A stretch of DNA of 52,709 nucleotides, the filler included, from Dirinaria sp. TL-2023a (lineage: Eukaryota): the NCBI GenBank assembly GCA_051941275.1. It is 3 parts of 3 records of this genome, joined end to end, with 100 filler letters (N's around TTAATTAATTAA, not from the genome) between each part and the next. Parts side by side here need not be neighbours in the genome. Positions count along the whole stretch, not along the records: positions 1 to 17,562 come from JAVEBF010000426.1; positions 17,663 to 35,166 come from JAVEBF010000427.1; 1 more part is not named here. One strand, 5' to 3'. Under the pieces are notes generated by a model. That model worked only from the letters and a program-made list of their open reading frames with translations. It was not told the origin of the DNA and did not search any database. The position numbers and the translations under genes were made by a program. Below, in pieces: positions 10,678 through 23,800 of the stretch. The number at the start of each line of letters is the position of its first letter. The first letter of the stretch is position 1.

Positions 10678-12473
10678 ATGTCTTCCGCAGTCAGCCGTCC
10701 AGTTTCTCAGATAGACACCCCCTTGAAAGAGCTCTCCACCGTACATTCTGCTTTATCCGATCAAGATGGACAGAAACGGCTATCCCAATTCCTTCCCGAC
10801 AAGCACGATCAAGAAGCTGAAGAGCCGATGACCGCTGAAAGCGACATTGCTCAGGAAGTCCAGCAGAACCTGGGCCCGATCGCCCTCACTCTCCTTATGC
10901 TGGGGATATGCCTCGCTGCTTTCCTCGTCGCCTTGGATCGTACTATCATCGCCACTGCAATCCCACGTATTACTGACGAATTCGACTCACCTGGTGACGT
11001 CGGGTGGTACGGCAGCGCGTATCTGCTCACATCTTGCGCCTTTCAGCCTACGTACGGGCGAGTATTCGCCCAATTCAACGTCCGCTGGGCGTTCTGTATA
11101 GCCTTGGCGTTATTCGAATTGGGCTCTCTGGTATGCGGTGTCGCTCCATCCTCCAACGCTCTTATCGTGGGACGTGCAATCGCCGGGTTAGGCTGCGCGG
11201 GTATCTTCGCTGGCTGTCTTGTCATCATAGCAATCGTTGTACCATTGCGTAAGAGACCGATATTTATGGGCCTGGTAGGCTCAATGTAAGTACAGCTCCA
11301 TCCGTGCGGTCACCACTTCTCTCTACCTCATAACGCATTGTCTGACCTGCTTTGGCGTAAAACAGATTTGGTGTTGGATCAGTCTGTGGGCCAATCATCG
11401 GAGGTGCCCTCACATCCAGCGTAACGTGGCGTTGGTGTTTCTACATTAACCTCCCTGTGGGCGCCGTGACGTTCATCACTCTCCTCCTTTTCTTTAACCC
11501 AAAATCACAGCCTGGATCGAGCCGCATATTCCTGCAAAAAATCATGGCCTTAGATCTTGTGGGGAACTTCTTGCTGGTGACGGCAGTGACAATGCTCCTC
11601 TTAGCCCTTCAATGGGGGGGCTTAAATTACGCTTGGAACAGCGCCCACATCATCGGGCTCTTGATAGGTGCTGGCCTTGAAACAGTGCTATTTTTCTGGT
11701 GGGAGAGCTATCGGGGAGCAAACGCACTCGTACCCCTGCGAATGATACGCCAAAGAACAATTGCTTCAAGCTTATCCACCAGCTTCTTCATCTCGGGCGC
11801 TACGCTCGTACACGCTTATTATCTGTCCTATTGGTTCCAGGTCGTCCGGGATGACTCACCCACAAAGGCCGGCGTGAATACCATCCCTTACTTCGTTGGC
11901 AACTTCTGTTTTGCAATGTTAGCCGGGCTCTTTGTCACAAAATTTGGCTATTACAATCCACCCGCACTGCTTGGGCCTGTGATCGCGAGCATAGGATCTG
12001 GGCTCATTACGTCCTTCAACCTGCATACCAAAACCGCCGCGTGGGCCGGCTACGAGATACTAGCAGCAGGGGGCGTAGGTCTTTGTATCCAGCAGGGCAT
12101 TGTTGCTGTGCAGACAGTCCTCACACCGGATATGCTTCCAATAGGCACGTCTTTGATCATGTTTAGTCAGAGCTTGGCGGGCGCCGTCTTTGTCTCGGTT
12201 GGCAGTAGTCTGCTACGGAATGAGCTCGCCAAAGGCTTAGAAAAAGCGAATCTGCCTGGAGTCAATGTGACGGCCATACTCAACGCAGGAGCGACCGATT
12301 TTCGCGGCTTGGTGCCGGAGAGCGCCCTCGAAGCGACATTGACGATATACAACAGTGCGCTGAGCAAAGTCTTCATCGTAGCTATACCATTATGCTGTTT
12401 AGCCTTGCTAACGGCAATTCCAATGGAATGGAGGCATCTCGAAGGTCCGTCAGAGGGTAGGGCAGTAGAGTGA
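10678..12473 (+). CDS. MFS efflux transporter (DHA2, 14-TM; GliA/AflT-like); exons 10678-11285, 11366-12473
   Basis: Motifs LDRTIIATAIPRIT, WYGSAYLL, GRAIAGLG and WRWCFYINLP. Intron GTAAGT (11286)...CTGAC...CAG (11365) joins the two ORFs in frame. Confidence 0.9.
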
Positions 12474-13124
12474 AGCTCCCAGATCATTGCATGGGGCTCA
12501 GTACAACAACATGCAAAAATGAACGATTTCGAAATGTATTTTAGCTTGATACAAACGCTCTGCCGTTCCCCAACAAACTGTTGATTGGAGGTCCGTGCCA
12601 AGTGGACCAGCACCGATAGCCCGGGCGAAGATGATAACCACATGAACGGAACAGCGATGAATCAATCTTCCCGTGGAAGACTGTTGTTAAAGAGCAAACC
12701 TCCAGGGGTACCCCTCCGCGCCTGGAGGGCACAATGTAGCAATTACAGCCCGCAAAAGAAAGAAGGATGAATTCAAATCATGAGCGAGCCAAGCAATGAG
12801 CATATAAGCTTGGTGGCGCATGGGATAATGGTAGAAAAATGAATCAGCACGCTAACTTTAAGCCTTTGGGCTCGATACATGTAGACATCAATTGAATGGA
12901 AGCCAAAGCGTCATTCGTATAAGATGACAAAACTAGTATAGTCGTAGTCGTCGAATAGAGAATGGGGATAAAATCTAAGAGCTTGCACGATGATAATTCG
13001 AAGTGACCGGGAAGAGGTCAGCCAGTGCCGAAACCGGTAATCCAATAAGGTAGGTAACTACGGTAGGTACATTAGATAGGTAGACACTCATAAAGCCTAC
13101 AAGCTCAGTGTGGAGAGAAGTTGG

Positions 13125-13180
13125 TTCTCGGCCGGCTGACAGTACCTAGTGAAGGTCCGTTTTAGGGTTCGGCCGGAACC
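13125..13180 (+). promoter_or_regulatory. TTCTCGGCCGG (13125-13135) plus a variant GGTTCGGCCGGAACC (13166-13180) upstream of the decarboxylase, copy 5
   Basis: About 290-340 nt upstream of the decarboxylase ATG. Confidence 0.55.
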
Positions 13181-13464
13181 GCGTTCATGCAATTGACGTC
13201 ACTCAGAGAGAACAGTGCAGGTATGGCATACCTACGCAATGTAATGTAATGTAACTCTTATCTTATGCAAGTGCATTTCACCTGCCGCGAAGGCTGATAC
13301 GTGCCCGAATTTGCATTTATATGTAAGGTATTCACTACCTTATGCGTACTGAAGCTTCGACATATGAAGGGAGCCTTAACCTGCCTTTAGATCATTGTTC
13401 CACAACAGATAGTTATCAGCAAACAATTTCATCACTTTCATCCATTGCTTAACATCCTTTCACC

Positions 13465-14534
13465 ATGTCCCAAAATACACTTCAAAATGGCCATGCAAGT
13501 GTATCCAGAGTCGATGTCCACCATCACTTCATCCCACAGTGCTATGCAGAAGGTGCGTTTCCACCACAAATAATCCTGCCAGGTAGTATCACCAGCTAAG
13601 CCTACCCACCAAAGCGTTCCGTCAAAGCCATGGTGACCCTTCCGGCTGGAAGCTTCCCGAGTGGTCATTGTCCTCAACCACCCAACTGATGGAGAATCTC
13701 AATATCGGCACCGCTATCTTGTCTCTCACCGCACCGGGCTGCACTATTCTCAAGGGCCCTGCCGCTGCAACATTAGCACGCGAAGTCAATCTATCCGCAG
13801 CGTCAATCCGGAACAGCGATCCTCTCAAATTCGGCTTTTTCGCCGCCCTTCCCCCTATTCTTGACGACATAGAGGCTGCTCTAGCTGAGATTCGATATGC
13901 TCTGGACGAACTGAAAGCGGACGGGATCACGCTTTACACACGTTATGGTGCAGGCCATAACTACCTCGGCCACAAAGACCTGCAACCTATATGGTCCGAA
14001 CTCGACAAACGCTCCGCAGTCGTCTTCGTTCATCCCACGCACCTGGTCGACACCCAGCTTGTCAACCCTTTCCTACCGCAGCCCATGATCGATTATCCTC
14101 ACGAAACGACACGCACTGCCGTTGATCTTATCATGAGCAATACGGTCAGCAACTACCCGAATTGCAAAATCATACTCAGCCATGCTGGAGGTACTCTCCC
14201 ATACCTTGCAACTCGAGCGGCGGTCATGATACCAGACTATGGCCTTACCGACAAAGGTGCCGAAGATTTTCTAGAAGACGCTAAAAGCTTCTACTACGAT
14301 CTTGCTTTGTCCGGAAATAGGTATACAATGGGATTGCTTACCGAGTTTGCGCGGGAAGACCGCATTCTATTCGGCAGTGATTTTCCCTACGCCCCTACGC
14401 CTACCATCGAGACGCACACAAGACTTCTAGACGCCTGTGACCTCAATGAAAAGCAACGTCGCCAAATCGCGCAAACAAATGCCTTGAAATTGTTTCCGCG
14501 ACTGAAGACCAACTATAGTCATGCAACTGTCTAA
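13465..14534 (+). CDS. Amidohydrolase-superfamily aromatic acid decarboxylase, 6-MSA decarboxylase-like (PatG/YanB/MacB/AtA); exons 13465-13552, 13615-14534
   Basis: Exon 1 encodes the metal motif RVDVHHHF; exon 2 has [25 protein letters not shown] and [11 protein letters not shown]. Intron GTGCGT..AAG. It lies in the same cluster as the MSAS. Confidence 0.88.
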
Positions 14535-15112
14535 AAGCGAAGGTAAACCAGGAAAAGCCTGCGAATTTGGCCAAAGTTGCCCGGCTTCTAAGTAGGAAAG
14601 AGATCTAAGAGAAATTATCTATCTACTACAAAAGAACAGACTTGGATATGTATATCTATGTCCCATTCACGAATTTATTCAGCTATTCAGGCTGAAAATC
14701 TGTTCAGCTGTAGATCTACTTAGTTTCAAGGTTTTTTTGCTGACTACTAGAAATCGAAGTAATGACTGTAGACGCAAGATGAAGAGATTCGATTATGGGT
14801 GATGTTGGTGCACCTTCTTGGGCTCTCCCTCATCTGAAACAACGACGTCATACATATTCATGCCTGTGAAGATTGCTTTATCATTTTGCTGTTTCAGCTT
14901 CACCGCTAGAGTTTTATGGTCATACGGGCGAACTGACTATGACAGGGGCTCCAGAATAAATGACTGTGCCACGGGCTTTGGCCTTAGTCACTAAATTGAC
15001 AGAGAATCAAGTTTACCCAGTATATAAAATCCTCTCTAGAATGTCTGCTGTAAGAGCAAACCACCTTACCAAATCACCTGCTCCGTTTATTAGCTCCACT
15101 AGAAAAGGAACC

Positions 15113-17503
15113 ATGTCTCACAAGACTGGTGGTGGCCAGCCAAAACCAGGATCATCTTCCAACAAGAAGAAGCGTAACGTTACTCGAGATGATGGCGATT
15201 TCGACGTTGCAAGCCGACTGCAAGCAGAATTTGATAACAAAATGCACCTTAAGTCCAGGGCAGAAGGCACCACACTACCCGCAGAGTCAGCGGACTCCGC
15301 ATACCCAGAGCCAATGAGTGAGGCTCTTCGACAGCTGCACCATTTTGCGGAAGAAGTTATAGCGACAAAATGTCACAGATGCCGAACTCCTCTTTTACAA
15401 GACTTTGCAGTAGGTCCATGGTTCCAAGGCTGGATCGAGAAGAGCAAATCAAGCCGCACATTCTCAATATGTGCTGCCAGGTGTCCAGAACAATCTTGCC
15501 GTGCGATGACTTGTATCGGATGCGGACACGAGCCGCGCACTAAGAGGTTCACGGCCACATGTAATGGTATGAGGCTTGACTATTGCTGTCAACAGGGCCG
15601 GCTCTTTGCCTTTTGGGTAGCTTTGTGCAAGTATGACGAAACAGAGCTCCAAGGGCAGATTGCCAGCGAAGCAAGGCAGACAGAGTACAAGGCGAGGAAT
15701 GCAAGCGGGCCCTATAAATCGAAGGGAACTGGCTACGCGACGAATGAAAGGCCTGGCTGGGATCTCTTCATGATGGGACCTTCTAACCCGATCGCCATGG
15801 GCTTTGGTGGTGGATGGTCTGGCGGTTATGCTGCTCGTGGTGCGCGGAGGAATCACGCTCTAAGCTTCCAGAGCACCGATAAGGAGACAGATACTGCGAT
15901 AGGCATGATACTGAACGTACTCATAGAACTCTTACCCGTTCGTCATGACATCAAGAAGGAGACCCCTCCGGCTCTGCAGGCCATGATCCAGCTCAGTCTC
16001 CTTCTGGACAAAGTTGCCGATATGCTACGCAACGACTCTCTCCGGAATGTCAGTGATCGAGCCACCGTCTACGGCGACGTCTTCGAATTTGTCAAGAGAC
16101 TAGGCAAGAACAACGATACTTCGCACCTTGTGTGCGACCGAAGATATACAAAGAAAAGAAGCAGTGGCCTACAAGTTATTTCGGCGTCCGAGTCCTTCGA
16201 TTTTAAAGGAAAGGGAAAATCGGCTACCTCGGACGAACAATCACCTCTAGTTGTTGGCAGTTCTAAAGACGACCTGACGAGCTCTGTAGTAGGTTGCATG
16301 GCCAAATTAGCATCGCAAGCGGAGAGCTTGGCCGACGTGACAAAAGGCGACCAAAATATTGCGATGGAATTTCATTCGAGGGACGGAAGATCGATCATCG
16401 AAACCGCAAAGACGGTGAAAAACTTGCATAAAGCTCTTGTATCTCATACCTATGAAGCGAGACATTCCAAGAAGCATAGCGACAAGCTCACGCAATGGAA
16501 TGCCTACCACGAAAAGCACCGAGTGGACTATGATTCGTCGATCGAGAAATATCTGAGCCCGAAAATCGCCTCCAACCGGGCCTACACGTCGCCGATGAAT
16601 CGAATGAGACGCATTGTGTCGGAGCAAGTGGAAATGTCAACGGGCCTACCTCAATACGTTTTCCTGAAAGTCCACGAGTCGAGACCGGACATTATGAAAT
16701 GTCTTATGGTGGGACCGGAGGGGACGCCATACGAGGGTGGATTATTTGAGTAAGTCAAAAAACCCTATTCTTGAGCGCGCTCGCTCTCTAATCTCCTACC
16801 TAGATTCGACATACTTTGCCCTGAACAATACCCTTACGCGCCTCCGATGGTCCAATTCGTCACCACAGGTCGCGGTACGGCCGGATTCAACCCGAACCTA
16901 TACGCAAATGGCAAAGGTCAGTAAAAAGTTCCCGCCCACCCCCTCCAGCCAATTTCCTCAACGACAACACTCACATCCCTCTTCTTTTTCAAAACAGTAT
17001 GCCTCAGCTTGATCGGGACCTGGGACGGTCCGCCGGAAAGCAAATGGCAACCCGAAATCTCGACCCTGCTCTCCGTCCTCACCAGCATCCAAGCCTTCAT
17101 CCTGACCTCGAACCCGCTCGAAAACGAACCTGCCTTCGAACGCGTCTCTGTCACCGATCCGGCCCAAAACAGGGACTACTCCAACCAGTGCCAGGCGTTC
17201 ACGGTGCGCTTCGCGATCCTGGACTGGTTCCAGCGGCCGGAGATGAAGCACGGCCCCTGGAAGGATGTCGTGGCGATGTATTTCCGCACGCACGGGTCCA
17301 GGATCTTGAAAAAGGTGGGCAAGGCGGCGAAGGAGAACCGCTTGATCGAAGGGTTCAAGAGGGATTTTTACAGGGGAGATGTTCCCAGTGCGAGTATTGT
17401 CATGATGCCGACTAGAGGGGGAGGGATGTACGGGGATATGGGTGGTGGGAGGGTTAATTTGTTGAAGGAGCTTGAAGAGGCGTTGGGGAAGATGACGAAG
17501 TAG
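15113..17503 (+). CDS. Large ubiquitin-conjugating enzyme (E2) of the BIRC6/UBE2O/UBE2Z-type UBC subgroup with a long N-terminal extension; exons 15113-16749, 16804-16916, 16998-17503
   Basis: Spliced product reads GPEGTPYEGGLFEFDILCPEQYPYAPP...FNPNLYANGKVCLSLIGTW...STLLSVLTSIQA, with the catalytic Cys at 17000-17002. Start ATG is uncertain (in-frame ATGs at 14960 and 15041 lie upstream). Confidence 0.85.
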
Positions 17504-17562
17504 ATAGATGCTTAGGTACCTATGCACTTTTTCCTTTCTTTTTTTTTTTTTTTTCTTTTTAA

Positions 17563-17662
17563 NNNNNNNNNNNNNNNNNNNNNNNNNNNNNNNNNNNNNN
17601 NNNNNNTTAATTAATTAANNNNNNNNNNNNNNNNNNNNNNNNNNNNNNNNNNNNNNNNNNNN
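17563..17662. other. Artificial contig/scaffold spacer (44 N + TTAATTAATTAA + 44 N)
   Basis: Exactly 100 nt with a six-frame-stop 12-mer; identical in layout to 35167-35266. Confidence 0.95.
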
Positions 17663-17874
17663 CCCCACACCCCCTCCCCTAACTCCGGGAACCCGGAACA
17701 CCGGGTTAGTCGAATTTGATATATCTTTGGTATTTTCAATTTTCATCCGAATGGATAAGAAGGAGTATCTACAAGAAGGAAAAGCCGCGCAAAAAGAAAA
17801 AAAAAAAAAAGCTTGGATATATGACCGCCGCCGCCGACGCGCCTCCCCCTCCTCACGCCCGGATCACGAATGTT

Positions 17875-20800
17875 TCAAGGCAGGCCCTTGGCTACCGCGG
17901 TTGCAACTGCTGCGATCTATTGAGAAGAGGAATTAGTAAGTCGGTCTTTTGCAAGAAGGGTTGAGGTGAACATACCTTGGGCGGAAACATGATCGAAAAG
18001 TGATTGCCCGGCACGACATGACACTCGACGTCCGTACCTGTGAGCTGGTCCCAGCCGCTGGGGCCGAAAGAAACGCGCTTCCCGGTCAGCCACTGCTTCG
18101 CCTTGTGCATATCTGCGGCTCGGGGATCGTCGTCGTCGATGGCTTCGGCCATGGCATCCTGCGCCGCTTCACCTCTTCCCTCCAAAACGCCATCATGCGC
18201 CCACACGACCGTCACTTTCCCCGGCCCGCGGCCCGCCGGCAACGGGGTGACTGTGTAATTCTCGAGAGCGCGGACACAGCCTAGGAAGTGCAGGCGGGTG
18301 CGCTCGGAGATGGGGCCGCTGGAGGAGGAAAGGCCGTCAAAGATCCCGGCTTTTTCAAGAAGGTTCAGCGTTGGTGAGGGGAGCGGCGGTAATGTTCCGG
18401 GACAAGGGCTATCGATCATGATCAGGCTTGTGATGGTCTCGCCCTGCGCGATCAGCTGGCGCGCTGTCTCGTACGCGTGGATCCCGCCCAGGGACCAGCC
18501 GCCGAGCATGTAAGGCCCTTGGGGCTGGATGGAGCGGATCTCGGAGATGTAGATCGAGGCGACTTCCTCGAATGAGAGTGTGTAGTCAATAGGGTTGTCG
18601 TGGAATGGAGAGTCGAGACCGTACACGGGCAGGCCGGAGGGTAGGGAAGGTAGGCTGATGTAGGAAAACAGCGAGCCTGCGCCGTCGGGTAGGAGGAAGA
18701 GTGCGGGTTTACCAGGAGCTGGTCGCCCTTGCAGGAGAACAGACTTGCTTCTGTATTTGGGGGTCTTTTCCGACGCTTTTGATGGTTTGCTCGATGGTGA
18801 AGTCTGGATAGTTTTATCCTTTACGCCGAGCGCTCTTTGGACGTCAGCGACTGTAGGATTCTCTTGGAAGAACATGGCTGGCAGGTTCATGCCCAACTGG
18901 GTCTTGAAAGCGTCCAAGATCGAGATTGTCATCAGAGAATCAACGCCAATCTCAGCGAACGGCGTGCTCGGGAGTATCTCCGCCAAGTCAATGCCGACCT
19001 CGTGAGCAATGATGGATAACAGCACATCAACCGCATCAGGTGCTTCGGCTTCGGGTGGTGTGGACAGCGCAGAGTTGAAAGCCGTGCTAGCGAGTGATGT
19101 CTCCATAGATGGGACGTAGGAGGAGGCATCACTATCGTCGTCATCCAGTGGCCGCTGCGATACGGTCATGTTATCAACGAAGTATTCTTTGAGTTGGGCA
19201 ACAGTCGGATATGTGACGAATAGCGAGCTTGGCAAGTCTAAGCCTGTCTCTTCACGAAGTCTTCCCAAGATAGTTATGGTGAGCAAGGAGTCCACACCAA
19301 GGTCGCTGATTCTCGCGTCGTCAACAAGTTCACTGTTGTCTACACCTACTTCGGTGGCGATAGTAGTCAATACGTTGGAGAGATCTGCGCCAGGTGTCTC
19401 GACTGGCGGAACGATGACGACTTTTGGGGAGGCTTTTAGGCGTTGCGAGAACTGACTGATCGCTGCTGCTTCCTTTGGTCTTGTCGCAGGCGCGGGCCCT
19501 TGGTTTGTGCCGAGCAGGCTGTGTAAGACGTTACGCTTCATCTGCTGAAATTTGAGACCTTTGCATAGCACAACAATGTCGTCCCCATCAAAAATGTACA
19601 TATCGCCAGCCATGACTCCTCGAGAGCCGGTTGGCTGCATGCGGACGTAGCCTTTGTAGGATTTCTTGTCTGAGAGCTGAGCTGCGATGCGGAAGCTTTC
19701 CCAGCCATGTGAAATAAATACTGTGTCGGCAGGAGTCTTCACGCTTGCATTTAGCACGAAACCACCCAGATGAGCGACAGTGTCAATCCAGTACGGGCTA
19801 TAGATGAAATCACCGTGCCCTGAGGTTGGCTGAAACCTTATGTTTGCCACGCTCTCATTAAGGTCACAGTCCATGAACAGCTCATCGATGTTGTGATACT
19901 GGCTGCTGTATGTTACAACGGTCTGGAATTGCTTGTAGATCATCTCTTTGAGAAGTCTGTGTACATTAGCAGCATTATTTGGTTGGGTGAGCTGATCCAT
20001 TCTCGATTGCACGAGATATGAATTTCTGCCCCACTCTGACATCCAGTCTTGACCCGAGCCATACTGCACGATGCAGCATGCATGTTCTTGTGTTCCTTTA
20101 GCATCCCGTGAACTAATTGTCACTTTCACGGCTTGCTCATTTGGCTGTCTGGATGCAGATACTTCGAGAAGCTGTGCTGTCTCGCCCGCGTCTACAATCA
20201 GAGGTCGGAAAACTTCCATAGTAGAGAGATCCATGGCTGGGACTGACTCGGACGGTGCCATACGGGACGCGATATACCACGCTGCAGTGAATGCAACATC
20301 GGCGTATACGGAGCTTGGGCAGAGCCCAGCGCCGTTGACGATATGGCCTCGGACTGCGGCATTGAGTTTGGCATCCCCAAGTCTGGACGAGAACTTCACC
20401 GAGGCGCTGTTGGCGGTAAATATCTCGCTTTCGACGTGTTGTAAACAAGTCGTGGAAAAGCTCTGTTGTGGCGCTGCAGGGATGGCCTTCTTCGTGTCGC
20501 CTTTCGTAAGGAGCCAGTCGCCTTCGTACTCGAGCCAGTAGTTTTTGAGATCGAAAGCATATGTCGGCAATTCCAGCAACTGCAGGGCTTTCCTGTACTC
20601 GTTGTGGTAATCAGTCCAAGAGACGTTTATGCCACTGTTGTACGCGTTTGCCATGCTTTTGGCAATTGTTGACCAGCAATCCTCATCGCGTCTCAATGAC
20701 GATAGAGCCTGTGCTGGATTTGGGCCCAAGGTGGACCGCACCATTCCGAGAGCGACCGGGTGCGCTCCCACGTCCAACCAAACACTTTCGTCAGAAGCGA

Positions 20801-23800
20801 TCCCTTCGTTCCGAAGAGCTTCCAAGCCTTCTTGAAATCGGACAGGCTGCCGAGCCTGGCGAGCGAGGTAGTCGGCCGTAACAGAGCCTTGGGTCCTGAC
20901 AATCGAGCCCAGGAGTGTTGACGCGATCGGCACCGAAGGCTCGCAGAACTCTACATTTCGAGCAAAAGAGCGAATGTCGTCCAAGATCGGGTCCATCTGC
21001 ACAGAATGAAAGGCGAATGGGAGCTCGAGAAGGGTTTTCTTAGTCCCGCTCGCTTCAAGCTTCGTTTCCAATGATTTGATCTCGCTGAGCTCTCCGCTAA
21101 TGACTGTACTAGTGGGACCATTGAGGCAGGCAATCTCGCAAGACTGGAGACGTGAAGAGTCGATGAAGTCCCGGACGGTCTCTGCAGTGGATTGAACTGC
21201 TAGCATAGCGTGGCTGTTCGCTACGCATTTCTGCTCCATCATCTCTGCCCTTTTGCCCACTAGGTAGAGAGTGTCACTCGCGGAGAGCACATCGGCAACA
21301 TGGAGCGCCGCGTATTCGCCGAGGCTGTGCCCGATGACGGCACCGGGTGTGATTCCCCAAGACTTCCATAGCGACGCAAGTGCCATCGCGATTGAGACGA
21401 GGGCGAGCTGAGACTGGCTTGGGCTCACGTTGTCGGAAGAATCGTTGAGTAGCACGTTTTTGAACGATGGCAGCCCTTGCCGGATACAGATGCTATCATA
21501 ATCAATGATGCTCTTCCGGAAAACTGTGTTGGTCTCGAACAAGCGCCTGCCCATGCCCAAATATTGGGAACCTTGGCCAGAGAATGCAAAGATGGCAGAG
21601 GAGGTTTCGGCAGTGGACCTCGGCGCCAACGAGCTAGCGAGGTCTTTCTTCATAGATTGGACGAGCTGCTCGAGGCTATCAACAGCGTATGCCTTACGAA
21701 AGACATGATGCATGCGTCGTGCGGTGGTGGTGTAAGCTATATCCTGTAGCCGCGTACTTGGGGTCGATTCAATGTAATCAAGCAGCCGCTGAATATTATG
21801 CTTGAAAGAATTGGCGGTTTTCGCTGAGACAGCTACCACATGCGTCGTACGTGGATCGGTTCCTTCATGGTGAATCTTTGGGCCATCCTCTATAATCAGG
21901 CTTGTATTGCCGCCCTGTCGAAACTTTGAGCCAGCGCCATACTGGAATGAAAGTGAGACTTACTGTCGCGTTGAAGTTGTTCAGGAGAACCCTTCGTTTG
22001 CCATCGCCCCCGACCCGTGGTTTGAATGGCGTTAGGGTACGGTCAATAGAAACGTTTATCGTATCGAGGGGAGGGAACTTCTCATTGATACGACCTTTGA
22101 TGCCGACATGCGGCGGTATGAGATCTTTTCTCAGCATCATTAAAATCTTTGTAAGGGAGTTGGTACCAGCAGCCTGGTGATCGTCAGTATTTCAATATTT
22201 GGAACCGGGCTCAGGTCGTTTGTACCGCTTCAGCATGGCCAACATTTGCCTTCACTGCACCCACATGCAACGTATTGTTTTTGGACCTCCCCGTCAGCAC
22301 GTTCGTAACAGAGGTAAACTCTGTAGCATCTCCTGCTTGAGTACCCGTTCCATGCATTTCAACATAGTCGATATCATCGGGTTCAAGGTGTGCGTCACGC
22401 AAGACCTGGCGCATAAGACTCTGCTGAGCTCCAGCGTGGGGATGAGTAATGGAGCTTGCAAAGGCCGAATGGTTGGTCGCGGCTGATTTGATGACAGCTT
22501 GAATGTTGTCTCCTTCGGCAATTGCATCATCCAATCGCTTCAAGATAACAGTTCCAACACCTTCCCCGCGGCAGTAGCCGTCGGCATCGTTATCGAAGGT
22601 CTTGCACGATCCAGTGGGTGAGAGGAAGCTTCCTCGGCTAAGCCCTGAGTACATGTCCGACCCGGTTAACAGGTTGGTTCCTCCTGCAACAGCAGTGTCG
22701 CATTCGTGAGATCGAAGTGCTGCGACTCCCATCTGTATCGATAGGGCGCTGGAAGAACACGCCGCATCTACGCAGTAGGAGGGACCTTCCCATTTGAAAT
22801 GATAATTCAGCCGGCCTGCTCCAAATGCCCGGATACCCCCGGTAACATAGTAAACGTCAATATCCTGTGACGCATTTGCCTCCCGGTAGTCGTCCAGCGT
22901 CTGCCCGAAGAATGTACCAATGCGCCCACCGGTGTATGACGGGCTTCCATTCGGAGTGTATCCCGCCATTTCCAGAGCTTCGTAAGTAGTGAGTAGCAGC
23001 AATCGCTGCGCTGGATCTGTTTGAGCTGCTTCTCGTGGGGACATATTGAAAAGCCTGGCGTCAAAGAAACCTGGTCGGTCGAGAAAGCAGCCATACGGTG
23101 TTATAATGGTGTTCTTGGTCTTTCCGGTCGGATCGCAGTGTGTATTGACATCAAATCGGTCGCTTGGGATCTAATAGAGTCATAAGTCATCCACCACCAA
23201 CGGTCAGATTATTCAATTTACCTTTTTGTGGACATCTCGACCGTCTTCGAGGATCTCCCAAATCTCTTCCAAAGTCTCGGATTCTGGCAGTCGACTAGCG
23301 AAACCAACGATGGCGATGTCGCTGGAGCTAGTAATCACGTTTTCTTGTTGTGTGGGCTGCATCTCAGTGCTCTCCAGTACATCGATTTTGCCGTTCCTTA
23401 GCTCTCGCGAAAGGCTATCAGCAGCGCGTACTGGGCCAGCACTTTTCAGTTGGATTCCCTGGTTTGTCAATTCAGACACAAGATGTTGCGCAATTTTTGA
23501 CCATCTCAAAGTTTCCTGCAGAGTGTCAAGGACGACTTGCCGCAAGATTTCGCTGAGGTTTCGCGCCACTAATTGCTGCCCTGAACTTGTAGAAAGCATG
23601 ATCACGTCTTCCCTAAGTGGATAGTCGTCACAATCGAACAAAGACCCTAGTATTCCCTCGACGTCCGGACGTCCAAGGTGGGATGCATGAAACGCTGCAG
23701 TGATAGGAAGCTTAATCTTGCGTGCATTTTGGAACAAGGTCGATGATGAAAATAGAGATGAGACAGTTGAAGGAGGTCCGCTAATTGTGGCGCTGGTTTC

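Noticed and set aside
17607..17618. TTAATTAATTAA as a biological palindrome or transposon target site
   Set aside because: It is centred in symmetric N runs and repeated identically at 35211-35222, so it is a synthetic linker.
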